A DNA stretch of 48,127 bases from NCBI GenBank assembly GCA_043826455.1, contig JBDRQD010000059.1, positions 1 through 48,127 on the forward strand. Direction: 5' to 3'. Source of the DNA: Candidatus Bathyarchaeota archaeon (GTDB lineage Archaea; Thermoproteota; Bathyarchaeia; TCS64). A model generated the notes under the pieces. It was not told the origin of the DNA. It saw only the letters and a list, made by a program, of their open reading frames with translations, and did no database searches. This document shows positions 9,342-18,555 of this stretch, piece after piece. How positions within the stretch are numbered: position 1 is the stretch's first letter; each line of letters begins with the position of its first letter. A program made the translations under genes and the position numbers.

Positions 9342-10553
9342 TCATTCTTTGAGGCCGCCGTAGCACTCCCTGAGGAAGACCGCGAAGATGAGGGTCATGG
9401 CAACGGCCCCCGCCATGAGAACCATACTGGACGCCCCGTACCCGCCCGTTGCGTCCACCAGGCCCCCGTACAGAGGCGCCACCACACTGAACCCTATGGT
9501 GCCCAGGCCGTTCACCAGCCCCAGCCCGACGCCCGCCCTCTCAGGGGGCAGGGTCTCAGGCACCATGCTGAAGAAGAGAACCCAGAAGCTCACCATGAAG
9601 GTCAGGCCGAAGCTCAGGGCCAGGTACACGGTGAGGGGCAGGCTGCCCGGAAGGTACAGGAACACTGCCAGGAGCACAGCGTAGACGCCTGAGAAGACCA
9701 CTATAGGCAGCTTACGCCTCCGCAGCCTGTCTGAGACCGCGGCGATGACTATGCAGCCGGGGATGCCCGCGATGCTGCCCACGCTGGCCACCTTCCCGGC
9801 GTCAACGTATGTGAACCCCTTCACGTCTATCAAGTACTGGGGCATCCAGCTTAGGAACACCCAACTGAAGCTAGCTAGGACGTACCCGGCTATGAAGGGT
9901 AGCAGCCTCTTATCGGTGACCGTGGCGATAAGTGTCCTCATTATAGGCTGCTTCCGCGTATGAGGCCCATCCACCATGGGGGACCCGTTCTCCTTCAGCA
10001 CGAACCAGTTCATGGCCCAGTTGGCCACCAGCAGCACGCTCATCACCAGGTACAAGGGCCTCCAGTCTCCGAACCTCTCCACAGCCAAGGGGAACCCCAT
10101 GTAGGCCACGAAGTTGCCCAAGCCGCTGGCCGCGCTGAGGACGCCGATGGCCGTGGCCTTCCGCTCCGCCGGGAACCAGGTAGAAATGAGCTTCACGGCG
10201 TTGATGTAGAAGACGCTGCACCCGACACCCACCATGAGCTGGGCCGCGGCCAGGAGCCCGTAGCTCCTGCTGAGCCAGAACAGGAAGACGCCGGCCACGG
10301 TGAGGGCCGTGAACAACAGAATAGTCTTCCTGGCCCCCAGGGCGTCGCTGAGGATGCCGCTGGGTATCTGCATGACCCCGTAGACGAAGAAGAAGGCCGA
10401 GATGAGAAGCCCCATGCTGCCGTGGCTGATGCCCAGCTCCACGATGAGTATGGGCGTCAGGGCCCCGGCCGCGCTCCTGAGAAAATTCTCCACGAAGTAG
10501 GTGACGCATATGGTGGCCAGCAGGACGACGGCGTAGCTCATGCGCTTGGCCAA
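9342..10553 (-). CDS. MFS transporter
   Basis: About 12 hydrophobic segments; GILSDALGARK motif A; WFPAERKATA. Confidence 0.9.
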   Translation of the reverse strand: MAKRMSYAVVLLATICVTYFVENFLRSAAGALTPILIVELGISHGSMGLLISAFFFVYGVMQIPSGILSDALGARKTILLFTALTVAGVFLFWLSRSYGLLAAAQLMVGVGCSVFYINAVKLISTWFPAERKATAIGVLSAASGLGNFVAYMGFPLAVERFGDWRPLYLVMSVLLVANWAMNWFVLKENGSPMVDGPHTRKQPIMRTLIATVTDKRLLPFIAGYVLASFSWVFLSWMPQYLIDVKGFTYVDAGKVASVGSIAGIPGCIVIAAVSDRLRRRKLPIVVFSGVYAVLLAVFLYLPGSLPLTVYLALSFGLTFMVSFWVLFFSMVPETLPPERAGVGLGLVNGLGTIGFSVVAPLYGGLVDATGGYGASSMVLMAGAVAMTLIFAVFLRECYGGLKE

Positions 10554-10646
10554 CTGGTATCGCCGGGTTGGATGAACCCTCGGGACTTAAGGCTTCCGAC
10601 AAACGTGGGCGCAGAGCATTTATGGTATGTACGCCATGGCTTACAT

Positions 10647-11438
10647 ATGGAACCTAGAGCAGACATCGCCATCATAGGCGGCACAGGCGTCTACGACCCC
10701 CAGCTCCTCGAAGAGGCAGAGGAGGTCAAGGTGTACACCCCCTACGGGTCCCCCTCAGACCTGGTCACCCTGGGCACCTACAAGGGCAGACGCATCGCCT
10801 TCATCCCCCGCCACGGCAGAGGCCACACCATCCCACCCCACAGGCTACCCGTCAGAGCCAACATCTGGGCCCTCAAGAGCCTGGGCGTCAAACGTATCGT
10901 GGCCAGCAGCGCCGTAGGCAGCCTACGCGAGGACTACAAGCCGGGGGACTTCGTCATCACGGACCAGTACATAGACAGGACCAAGGACAGGCCCGACACC
11001 TTCTACGAGGGCGGCCAGCTCTGCCACATATCGTCCGCTGACCCCATATGCCCCCAGCTCCACGAGTTCTTCGGTAAACACGTCAAGAAGCTCGGCTACC
11101 CCGTCCACCCCAAGGGCACCTACGTGTGCGTCCAGGGCCCCCGGTTCAGCACCCGGGCCGAGTCCAGGCTCTTCAGGCAGTGGGGCTGCGACATCGTAGG
11201 CATGACCCTCCACCCGGAGGCCATCCTGGCCCGGGAGGCCGAGCTATGCTACGTCTCCATAGCCATGGTCACCGACTACGACGTGTGGGCCGATAAGCCG
11301 GTCACCAGCGACGAGGTCATGGAGACCATGCGGGGCAACAGCCAAAAGTTCCGTGAGCTGATCATGAGTGCGCTGCCCCTCATCCCAGAGGAGAGGACCT
11401 GCAGCTGCGGTGAGAGCCTCCGCTACTCCCTCCTCTAG
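10647..11438 (+). CDS. mtnP: S-methyl-5'-thioadenosine phosphorylase
   Basis: IIGGTG, PRHG..H, GPRFSTRAE, VGMT and VTDYD motifs; start trimmed to ATG 10647. Confidence 0.92.
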   Translation: MEPRADIAIIGGTGVYDPQLLEEAEEVKVYTPYGSPSDLVTLGTYKGRRIAFIPRHGRGHTIPPHRLPVRANIWALKSLGVKRIVASSAVGSLREDYKPGDFVITDQYIDRTKDRPDTFYEGGQLCHISSADPICPQLHEFFGKHVKKLGYPVHPKGTYVCVQGPRFSTRAESRLFRQWGCDIVGMTLHPEAILAREAELCYVSIAMVTDYDVWADKPVTSDEVMETMRGNSQKFRELIMSALPLIPEERTCSCGESLRYSLL

Positions 11439-11473
11439 ATACCTTCATATTTTAACGGGCGCCAGTACCCGGC

Positions 11474-12190
11474 ATGAGCAAGCATTTCGCGTTCCTCGTC
11501 CTGGAGGAGCACCCCTACGGCAGGGAGATGCTCATGCAGCTCATGGAGGCCGGACACGTCCCCTCAGCAGTCATCGAGGAGACGGGCCCCATAGCTGAGG
11601 AGGAGCGGGAAAAGTTCCTCACACGCATCAGGGGCCACAGGGTCGCCCCCACCTTCACCCAGCTCCTGGAGGGCAGGAACATCCCACGGCACAAGGTGCC
11701 CCACCACAACAGAAGCGAGTGCAGGGAGATACTGGAGGAGCTGGAGCCGGACCTGGGGGTCCTGGGCGGCACCAGGATCATAAGCAAGAGAGTCCTGGCG
11801 ATTCCCCCAGACGGAATGCTCAACAGCCACCCCGGGCTCCTACCAGAGGTCAGGGGCTCCGCCAGCGTCGCCTGGAGCATCTACTACGACGTACCCATCG
11901 GCTGCACCTGCCACTTCATAGACCCCAACATAGACACCGGAGACATCGTAGTCAAGCGGACCATACCCGTCCACAGGGGCGACACCTACGAGCTCCTGTG
12001 CTGGAAGACCCTTGTCACCGCGGGCACCCTCATGACCGAGGCCGTGGGCATGTGGAAGAAGGGCCAGGTCCCCAGGACGCCCCAGGGCGAGAGCCAGCTA
12101 CCCACCTTCCGGGTGCCACCCCCCGAGGTCATGGAGGTCGTCACCCAGAAGCTGGCAGAGGGCACCTACCTGCACATCGCCGACCAGTAA
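11474..12190 (+). CDS. Formyltransferase family protein (Formyl_trans_N)
   Basis: LNSHPGLLP..RG and IDTGDI motifs. Confidence 0.82.
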   Translation: MSKHFAFLVLEEHPYGREMLMQLMEAGHVPSAVIEETGPIAEEEREKFLTRIRGHRVAPTFTQLLEGRNIPRHKVPHHNRSECREILEELEPDLGVLGGTRIISKRVLAIPPDGMLNSHPGLLPEVRGSASVAWSIYYDVPIGCTCHFIDPNIDTGDIVVKRTIPVHRGDTYELLCWKTLVTAGTLMTEAVGMWKKGQVPRTPQGESQLPTFRVPPPEVMEVVTQKLAEGTYLHIADQ

Positions 12191-12246
12191 CCAAGAAATG
12201 GGCCTGATCTTGAAAAAACCCTATAGCCTCCCATCCGATTAGGTAG

Positions 12247-13473
12247 GTGATAAAATTGAGCGAGGAATGGTTCTACGGCTCCAAGGCCAAGAGAAGCGAA
12301 GACAACCGCCTCTGGGCCATAATCGTCATATTCATGATCCTCAACATGGGGGTCCTAGCCTACGTCACATACTTCGACGGCCTAGGCGGAGGCGACCTGG
12401 GCAAGATCAACACCGAGCTGGACAGCCTACGTTTCCAGTTGAACAGCGCCCAGCTGGAGATCCAGGGCCTCCGGGACCTGCTGAAGGCCAAGGCCGCCAA
12501 CTACTCGGATACCCTGATCCTCACCCAGCTCTACAACCGCACCAAGAACAGCGTGGTCCTCATCTCGGTGAGGACAGCCACAGGCGGAGGCACAGGCAGC
12601 GGCTTCGTCTACGACAAGGAGGGCAGGATCATTACCAACAACCACGTGGTCAAGGACGCCACCAGGATAGAGGTGTACTTCCTGAACGGCAGGGTGACCG
12701 AGGCCACCCTAGTTGGCACTGACCCCTACAGCGACATGGCTGTCATAGACGTGAACATACCGGCCGAGGACCTCATACCGGTCAGGCTGGGTAAAAGCTC
12801 GGATCTCCTGGTAGGCGAGTACGTGGTGGCCATAGGCAACCCCTTCGGCCTGGCCAACACCATGACCATGGGCATCGTCAGCGCCCTGGGCAGACAGTCC
12901 TCGGCACCCGGAAACTACGTGATAGTGGACGTCATCCAGACGGACGCGGCCATCAACCCCGGGAACAGCGGAGGCCCCCTCCTGAACCTCCGGGGCGAGG
13001 TGATGGGCATGAACACGTGGATACTCAGCGACACGGGCCAGTTCAGCGGCATAGGCTTCGCCGTACCCAGCGACACAATCCTCAGAGAGATTGGCAGCAT
13101 CATAGACACGGGTACCTACCAACACCCCTTGATAGGTGTCACGGGTAGGCAGGTTACCCCGGCCCTAGCCGAGGCCATGAACATGGACAGGGACACCAGA
13201 GGCACCCTAGTGGTCCAGGTGACGGCTGACGGCCCGGCTGCGGCAGCCGGCCTCATTGGAGGAAGTAGGCAGGTCACAGTGGACGGCGTGCCGATCTCCG
13301 TGGGCGGCGACATCATCATAGGGGCCGACGCCAGGGCCATGAACAGCTTCTACGACCTCATCTACTATGTGGAGAGCAACAAGAGGCCGGGGGACGTGGT
13401 GAGGCTCACCATAATCAGGGGCGGGGAGCTCATAGAAGTGGACCTGACCCTGGGGGTCCGTCCACCCAGCTAG
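12247..13473 (+). CDS. HtrA/DegP-like membrane-anchored serine protease with PDZ domain
   Basis: N-terminal TM segment, ITNNHVV, DMAV, GNSGGPL, C-terminal PDZ-like region. Confidence 0.93.
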   Translation: MIKLSEEWFYGSKAKRSEDNRLWAIIVIFMILNMGVLAYVTYFDGLGGGDLGKINTELDSLRFQLNSAQLEIQGLRDLLKAKAANYSDTLILTQLYNRTKNSVVLISVRTATGGGTGSGFVYDKEGRIITNNHVVKDATRIEVYFLNGRVTEATLVGTDPYSDMAVIDVNIPAEDLIPVRLGKSSDLLVGEYVVAIGNPFGLANTMTMGIVSALGRQSSAPGNYVIVDVIQTDAAINPGNSGGPLLNLRGEVMGMNTWILSDTGQFSGIGFAVPSDTILREIGSIIDTGTYQHPLIGVTGRQVTPALAEAMNMDRDTRGTLVVQVTADGPAAAAGLIGGSRQVTVDGVPISVGGDIIIGADARAMNSFYDLIYYVESNKRPGDVVRLTIIRGGELIEVDLTLGVRPPS

Positions 13474-13913
13474 CCGTGCCTGGATAGCAGCTCCCTGATC
13501 TTCTCGTCGCTGTAGCTGAGGAGTCGGCCGAGCCTCCAGGCAATCTCCTCCTCGACCTCATTCGGGTTCCCCTGGGCGTCGCTCCGCTTTTTCGCCTCCT
13601 TGAGGTCTTCGTACTCGGCGAGCACCGCCTCGTCGTAGGCTATGAGGAACACGATCTTCCCGGCCGCTATGTCCCGGGGGAACAGCCGGGTCACCAGCAG
13701 ATTCTCCTCCTCCAGAAGCTTCACGCCGTACTCCTCTGCTGACGCCCGGGTGGGCCCCCTCATGAGGACGGCCGTGGCCCGGTCGTAGGGGGAGCTCAGG
13801 GCCAGCCTCTTGCAGCCGGCGGCCACCACCTCGGCGAAGGCGGTGTTGATGCCGGCGTAGTAGGAGAGCGTGTGGAAGCCTTTGACGGATTCAACCAGTT
13901 CCTTGGAGGGCAT
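13470..13913 (-). CDS. Hypothetical protein
   Basis: 147-aa ORF filling the gap, host-like codon usage. Confidence 0.65.
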   Translation of the reverse strand: MPSKELVESVKGFHTLSYYAGINTAFAEVVAAGCKRLALSSPYDRATAVLMRGPTRASAEEYGVKLLEEENLLVTRLFPRDIAAGKIVFLIAYDEAVLAEYEDLKEAKKRSDAQGNPNEVEEEIAWRLGRLLSYSDEKIRELLSRHG

Positions 13914-13948
13914 ACGCAGAGATTAGACTAGGGGATACTTAACGGCAT

Positions 13949-14785
13949 CTAGCCTAGGAGGCGGCTCAGGCTCATGGGCGAGTTCACACGGCCCTTGAAA
14001 GTGGATACGTGCTTGAAGCCCACTTCGCTCAACAGCCCCGCGGCCTCCGGGATCAGGTACCCAAGGACCTCGGGGGCGTGGGTGTCGCTGCCCAAGGTCA
14101 CCTTCCGGACCCCCGCCCCGTGGGCGGCCTCCAGGAACCCCCTCACAGGGTAGAAGCCGCCCAGGTTGTGCCTTGTGGCCGAGGTGTTCACCTCCAACCC
14201 AACGTCGCTGCTCACCAAGCTGTCGATGGCCTCCGCCACCACTTCCCCGTACTCGCCCCAGGTGGCGGGCTCGGCCCGTGCCGTGTGCAGGAACTTTCTC
14301 CAGTAGTCCGGGTGGGCCATGGAGTCGAAGAGCCCCGACTCCACCGCCGCCTTCCAGACAGTGAAGTACTCGTCCGCGGCCTCCCCCAGGGGACGGCCCG
14401 TGAAGAAAACTTTTGCCTCAACCCTGGAGCCCACGTCTACCCCGTTTATATAGTGGGTGCTGCCGAGGACATAGTCCAGGGGATGCTCATCTATGATGGC
14501 CTCTATCTGCCGCTCCTGGGACGGGAAGTAGTCCACCTCCAGGCCGGCCCTCAGCCTTACAGCCGTGTCCCTCTGGGCCTCCTCCACCAGCCTGAAATAG
14601 CCGTCCAGCTCGTCCATCTGCACGCCCAGGTACATGTCTGGGCCCTCGAGTATGAGGTGAGACGTGAAGGCAATCTCCTCTACGCTCTTGGCCTCGGCGG
14701 CCTCTATAAGGCTCTGAACGGTCGCAGTCGGGGCGTCCCTAGAGTGGTTCTCGTGGACGTGGTAGTCGATCCTCGGAGGAGTCAT
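13949..14785 (-). CDS. PHP-family histidinol-phosphatase (HisJ-like)
   Basis: DYHVH, GLEVDY, GSTH, AHPD, LEVNTS and GSDTH motifs. Confidence 0.85.
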   Translation of the reverse strand: MTPPRIDYHVHENHSRDAPTATVQSLIEAAEAKSVEEIAFTSHLILEGPDMYLGVQMDELDGYFRLVEEAQRDTAVRLRAGLEVDYFPSQERQIEAIIDEHPLDYVLGSTHYINGVDVGSRVEAKVFFTGRPLGEAADEYFTVWKAAVESGLFDSMAHPDYWRKFLHTARAEPATWGEYGEVVAEAIDSLVSSDVGLEVNTSATRHNLGGFYPVRGFLEAAHGAGVRKVTLGSDTHAPEVLGYLIPEAAGLLSEVGFKHVSTFKGRVNSPMSLSRLLG

Positions 14786-14827
14786 GGCGCCTTCACTCTA
14801 TTTCAACCACGCGTATAAGAGTAATTC

Positions 14828-15679
14828 CTAGCTACGCAGCGGAGCCCTAGCCACCACGATAATATGCTGACCCATGTCGATTAACCCCGGCCTCGCGGAG
14901 AACTGCTTCTCCAGCTGTATCAGCGTCTCTGTCGCCTCGGGCGAGACGGGTATCTTCTCGTACGTGTGGACGCCGCTGGTTATCGTGTTGGCCGCCGCCA
15001 TCTCCACTACCTCGCACCCGTGGTCAGCCAGGAGCCCTCGCAGGTAGGTGGAGGTGTAGAGGGTCATGGGGGTGTGCCATTCCGGGCTCCCCGGTCTGCT
15101 GTTCAGCACGTCGGGGAAAGGCTCACCGGGGCTCCACTCCATGTGCTCCGAGATATTCTCTAGGAACCCCGCGGCGTCGGTGGTCCCTATCAGGTGGAAG
15201 GTGCCCAGCAGGCTCATCACGCTGATGATGATGGGTGCACCCGGCTTGGCTACCCTGATGAGCTCATCCAGCGCGTCGTGCCTCCTGTCTCTGACGTATG
15301 ACAGAGCCCCTCCCAGGCATAGGACGAGGTCAAAGGAGTGGCCTTTGATCCCCTTCATGTCGCAGATGTCCATCCTCTCAATTCCTATGATTCCTGCATC
15401 GGCATCCGCCTCACGTATCTTCTCCCGGGCGAGCTCCAGCTGGCGGTCAGAGATGTCCACCAGGAACACCCGTGCTCCGCGCTCCATGAGCCATATAGCG
15501 TATCTTCCCGGCCCCGAGCCTGCGTCCAGGACGTGGTCTCCCTCCTTCAGGTACCTGCTGACGATGTTTGTGGTGACCTCGAACTGGACCCTCCCGTGGA
15601 TATCCTTCTCAAGCCGCGCCCACTCTCTCTCACCGTACTCGTTGTAGTGCCGCCTGATGTCCTCGGGGATGTAGCCCAT
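14828..15679 (-). CDS. Class I SAM-dependent methyltransferase
   Basis: VLDAGSGPGR; FDLVLCLGG. Confidence 0.85.
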   Translation of the reverse strand: MGYIPEDIRRHYNEYGEREWARLEKDIHGRVQFEVTTNIVSRYLKEGDHVLDAGSGPGRYAIWLMERGARVFLVDISDRQLELAREKIREADADAGIIGIERMDICDMKGIKGHSFDLVLCLGGALSYVRDRRHDALDELIRVAKPGAPIIISVMSLLGTFHLIGTTDAAGFLENISEHMEWSPGEPFPDVLNSRPGSPEWHTPMTLYTSTYLRGLLADHGCEVVEMAAANTITSGVHTYEKIPVSPEATETLIQLEKQFSARPGLIDMGQHIIVVARAPLRS

Positions 15680-15763
15680 GGTGAACCTGTGGCGCTCTAC
15701 CCTTATGGGTGTTTGCGCAATAAGGGGACTGCCATGATAAGGTACAGGGCTCTAGATTCCTGC

Positions 15764-15782
15764 TAGCTAACCGGGTTAGCTA
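15764..15782. promoter_or_regulatory. Inverted repeat TAGCTAACC-G-GGTTAGCTA between divergent genes
   Basis: Perfect 9-bp arms seen directly. Confidence 0.4.
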
Positions 15783-15861
15783 AAAATATGCTATTTCAAT
15801 GGTACGTGATACGTTTCCTTAATAGTTTTTAACCATTGAACGGAGTCCAAGGCGGTCAACC

Positions 15862-16155
15862 TTGGAGGCAGTAGCACGGGGAGTCGTGGAGCAGGCCATA
15901 GACGACGAGCTCATTGACAGGCGCCTGGAGCTCAACCACAACACCTTCAAGCGCTTCGAGGAGATGGGCATCGTGGAGAGCGCCGAGAGCGCCATGTTCG
16001 GTAAGATATACGCGGAGGCCTTCAGCTACTTCATCAACTACAAGATGCACAGCAGGGAGCCCATAAGCCTCCAGGAGATGGCCGAGTTCGAGAAGGTCAT
16101 CGACCGCCGCGTCTTCGAGATCAAGAGCAAGATAAGGCACCTCTCCGGCAGATAG
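15862..16155 (+). CDS. Hypothetical protein
   Basis: 97-aa ORF, strong GC3 codon pattern, TTTTTAA upstream. Confidence 0.7.
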   Translation: MEAVARGVVEQAIDDELIDRRLELNHNTFKRFEEMGIVESAESAMFGKIYAEAFSYFINYKMHSREPISLQEMAEFEKVIDRRVFEIKSKIRHLSGR

Positions 16156-16161
16156 TTGTTG

Positions 16162-16222
16162 AAAATGGCTGGAGGGTGCGACTGGGGAAAGGTGAGGAAC
16201 CCATACCCTCCAGACCGACTCG
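16162..16222 (-). ncRNA. Candidate small hairpin RNA
   Basis: 9-bp stem 16169-16177/16205-16213, minus-strand TTTAATA box at 16250-16244, T-run after the stem. Confidence 0.3.
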
Positions 16223-16304
16223 CGTCTACACCCAACCCAAGGCTATTAAATAGAGTCTTGTAGCTACACCGTACAGACAAAGGTTACAGTGACCTCGGAA
16301 ACCG

Positions 16305-16397
16305 TTATAAGCTGCTTCACGGTTGCCCTTGTTGGCGGGTGAGTGGGGCCTCCGACCCGTTCCGCCATATAAATCCCGGAGCAAGGAGGTAAAACGT
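16305..16397 (+). promoter_or_regulatory. TATA box plus structured, riboswitch-like 5' leader of queT-queC
   Basis: TTATAA at 16305; stem TGGCGG/CCGCCA; loop CCTCCG complementary to both CGGAG and the SD GGAGG. Confidence 0.55.
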
Positions 16398-16874
16398 GTG
16401 AAGACAAGAGACTTAACGTTAGTTACGGTTTACGCCGCCCTGTACGCGGCCATGGTTGTGGTGTTTGCGCCCCTCTCCTTCTACGCCCTGCAGTTCAGGG
16501 TAGCCGGCGTCTTGAGGCCGGGTATAGCCAAGAAATGGGAGCTGGCCGTGGGGTACGCGGTGGGGGTGGCTGTGGCCAACCTGTTCAGCCCCTTCGCGGG
16601 CATCTACGAGATACTTTTCATGCCCATCATGAGCCTGCTGGCGGGCGCAGCCGGGTACTATGCGGCTAAGAGGTTCAACGGCAGCTACTACGTCTGCGGC
16701 GCGGTCATCGCTATTATAATTCCTCTGAGCGTGGCGTGGATGCTGATGCAGCTCTTCAGCCTACCCATGCTGGTGACCCTCCCTGGGCTGCTGGTCAGCG
16801 AGCAGGCCGTCAACCTGCTGGGAGCAACCACATTCAAGGCCGTGGAGTCGAGGATCAGGTGGTGGGAGACGTGA
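16398..16874 (+). CDS. queT: QueT family (preQ0/preQ1 precursor) transporter
   Basis: YAALYAA..APLSFYALQFRVA and ANLFSPF; GTG 16398 after GGAGGT; coupled to queC. Confidence 0.85.
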   Translation: MKTRDLTLVTVYAALYAAMVVVFAPLSFYALQFRVAGVLRPGIAKKWELAVGYAVGVAVANLFSPFAGIYEILFMPIMSLLAGAAGYYAAKRFNGSYYVCGAVIAIIIPLSVAWMLMQLFSLPMLVTLPGLLVSEQAVNLLGATTFKAVESRIRWWET

Positions 16875-17515
16875 AGTGCGTAGTCATACTCAGCGGCGGG
16901 CCTGACAGCGTCACCGCGGCCTACTGGGCCAAGGCCCAGGGCTTCGATGTCCACGCGGTGACCTTCAACTATGGCCAGAAGGCCCAGGTGGAGATAGAGA
17001 GGGCTAGGATGATAGCCGAGGAGTTGGGCGCCGAGCACAGGGTCATCGACCTCTCCGGCCTCAGAGGCATCTACGAGGGCGTCACCAGCCTGGTGGACGA
17101 GGACTTGGAGGTTACAGGCGAGTTCACGGAGCCCATCATAGTTCCCTTCAGGAACGGCGTCTTCATGGCCGTCACCGTGGCCTACGCCGACACTGTGGGT
17201 GCCCACCACATCTTCTACGGGGCCCACGCCGGCGACGAGCCCTTCTACCCTGACTGTAGAAAAGAGTTCTACGAGGCTTTCCAGGAGGCCGCCAGGAGAG
17301 GCACCGAGAAACCCATCGTCATCGCATCCCCCTTCAGCGACACCCCCAAGTCAGGCATCATCAGGGAGGCCGTGAGGCTGGGGGTCCCCCTGGAGAAGAC
17401 CTGGAGCTGCTATCTGCAGGGACCCATCCAATGTGGTCGCTGCGAGTCCTGCGTTAATAGGAGAAACGCCTTCAGGGATGCAGGGGTCCCAGACCCCACA
17501 GAGTACAGGGAATAA
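16871..17515 (+). CDS. queC: 7-cyano-7-deazaguanine synthase
   Basis: SGGPDS, FNYGQK, VPFRN, YPDCR and TWSCY..CGRCESC; GTGA overlap with queT. Confidence 0.95.
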   Translation: MKCVVILSGGPDSVTAAYWAKAQGFDVHAVTFNYGQKAQVEIERARMIAEELGAEHRVIDLSGLRGIYEGVTSLVDEDLEVTGEFTEPIIVPFRNGVFMAVTVAYADTVGAHHIFYGAHAGDEPFYPDCRKEFYEAFQEAARRGTEKPIVIASPFSDTPKSGIIREAVRLGVPLEKTWSCYLQGPIQCGRCESCVNRRNAFRDAGVPDPTEYRE

Positions 17516-17546
17516 AGATATAGTGTTCAGAAGGTATGTCTCAGGG

Positions 17547-18131
17547 ATGAACGTCAAGATCGTCAGGCTCATGGGGTTCTTCGGCGTGGCCGCGCCCGTC
17601 GTGGGGGCCATAATGATTTCCCTCAGCGTCCTGTCCACCCCGGGGTGGAGCCCCGCCGAGGACACCCTCAGCGCCCTCGGGGCCTCGGGGTTCGGGGCCG
17701 TCGTCTTCAACGGCGGTCTTCCCATGACGGGGGCCGTGATGATGCTCTTCAGCACAGGCCTCTTCGAGCTGAGCAAGAAGGCCCCCGTGGGCCAGGCCGG
17801 GAGCGCCATGTACCTGGCAGCCTCGGTGATCACCGCGGCCCTGGGGTTGGCCACCATAAACCATCAGCCCTACCACGACTACCTGGCTACACTGCTCTTT
17901 GCGCTGATCCCACTGAGCATGATCGTCTTCAGCGTTCACCTCTGGGGCATGGGCCTCAGGGTCCACGCGGCTCTGGGATTCATCGGCGGAGCAATAAGCG
18001 TGGTCTCCATCTTGATGGGAGGCCCTGTGAACGGGTACAGGGAGATAGCCATCACCCTAGCGTTGAGCGTGTGGCAGATGGCCCTCGGCCTCTGGATGTA
18101 CAGGCTGAGGGAGCCGGGGGAAACAGCCTAG
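17547..18131 (+). CDS. DUF998-like membrane protein
   Basis: PGWS....LSALG and FNGGL motifs, multiple TM segments. Confidence 0.7.
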   Translation: MNVKIVRLMGFFGVAAPVVGAIMISLSVLSTPGWSPAEDTLSALGASGFGAVVFNGGLPMTGAVMMLFSTGLFELSKKAPVGQAGSAMYLAASVITAALGLATINHQPYHDYLATLLFALIPLSMIVFSVHLWGMGLRVHAALGFIGGAISVVSILMGGPVNGYREIAITLALSVWQMALGLWMYRLREPGETA

Positions 18132-18133
18132 TC

Positions 18134-18517
18134 CTACTTGTCCCCCAGGAAACGGGATACAAGCCTCTTGTACTGGGACTTGGTGTCGGTGATCTCCATC
18201 TCCGTGGAGCAGCTGCAGTCTGCGCTCGTACAGGCGTCGCACCCCGTCTTGAGGAGGCTGACGTTGAGCTTGGCCACGGGCTCAGGGGTCATGGTGCTGA
18301 GGGGGGCGCACCGCCTGCAGTGAACTATGAGGCCCCTGACCCGGTTCTCCTTAAGCCATCTTAGGGCTTCGCCGGGGCTGGTGAAGCTGAGCCAGCCTCC
18401 CCCCTCCCCTAGCTTCCCCACGACCTTGTCTGGGCTGTTGTCGGGGACGACGTGGACACACTCCTCCCTGTGGAGGGTGTTGCTACCCGACTTATAGTCA
18501 ACGTCCATCACGTACAT
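18134..18517 (-). CDS. Hypothetical Cys/His-rich protein
   Basis: 3' part of ORF 18134..19120 from ATG 18517; HREEC, CRRC, CDAC..CSC. Confidence 0.6.
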   Translation of the reverse strand: MYVMDVDYKSGSNTLHREECVHVVPDNSPDKVVGKLGEGGGWLSFTSPGEALRWLKENRVRGLIVHCRRCAPLSTMTPEPVAKLNVSLLKTGCDACTSADCSCSTEMEITDTKSQYKRLVSRFLGDK

Positions 18518-18555
18518 TTGGGTGTCTGGCGTAACGGCCGTTAAAAAGGTTTGAG

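Noticed and set aside
9960..10646. Long N-terminal extension of the mtnP ORF, and similar long antisense ORFs such as 28071..29138 and 29223..30359
   Set aside because: Shadow frames of GC3-rich genes on the opposite strand.
16252..16280. TAGCTACACC resembling the preQ1-I loop as I recall it
   Set aside because: No matching P1 stem or A-rich tail, and it lies upstream of the likely queT TATA box.
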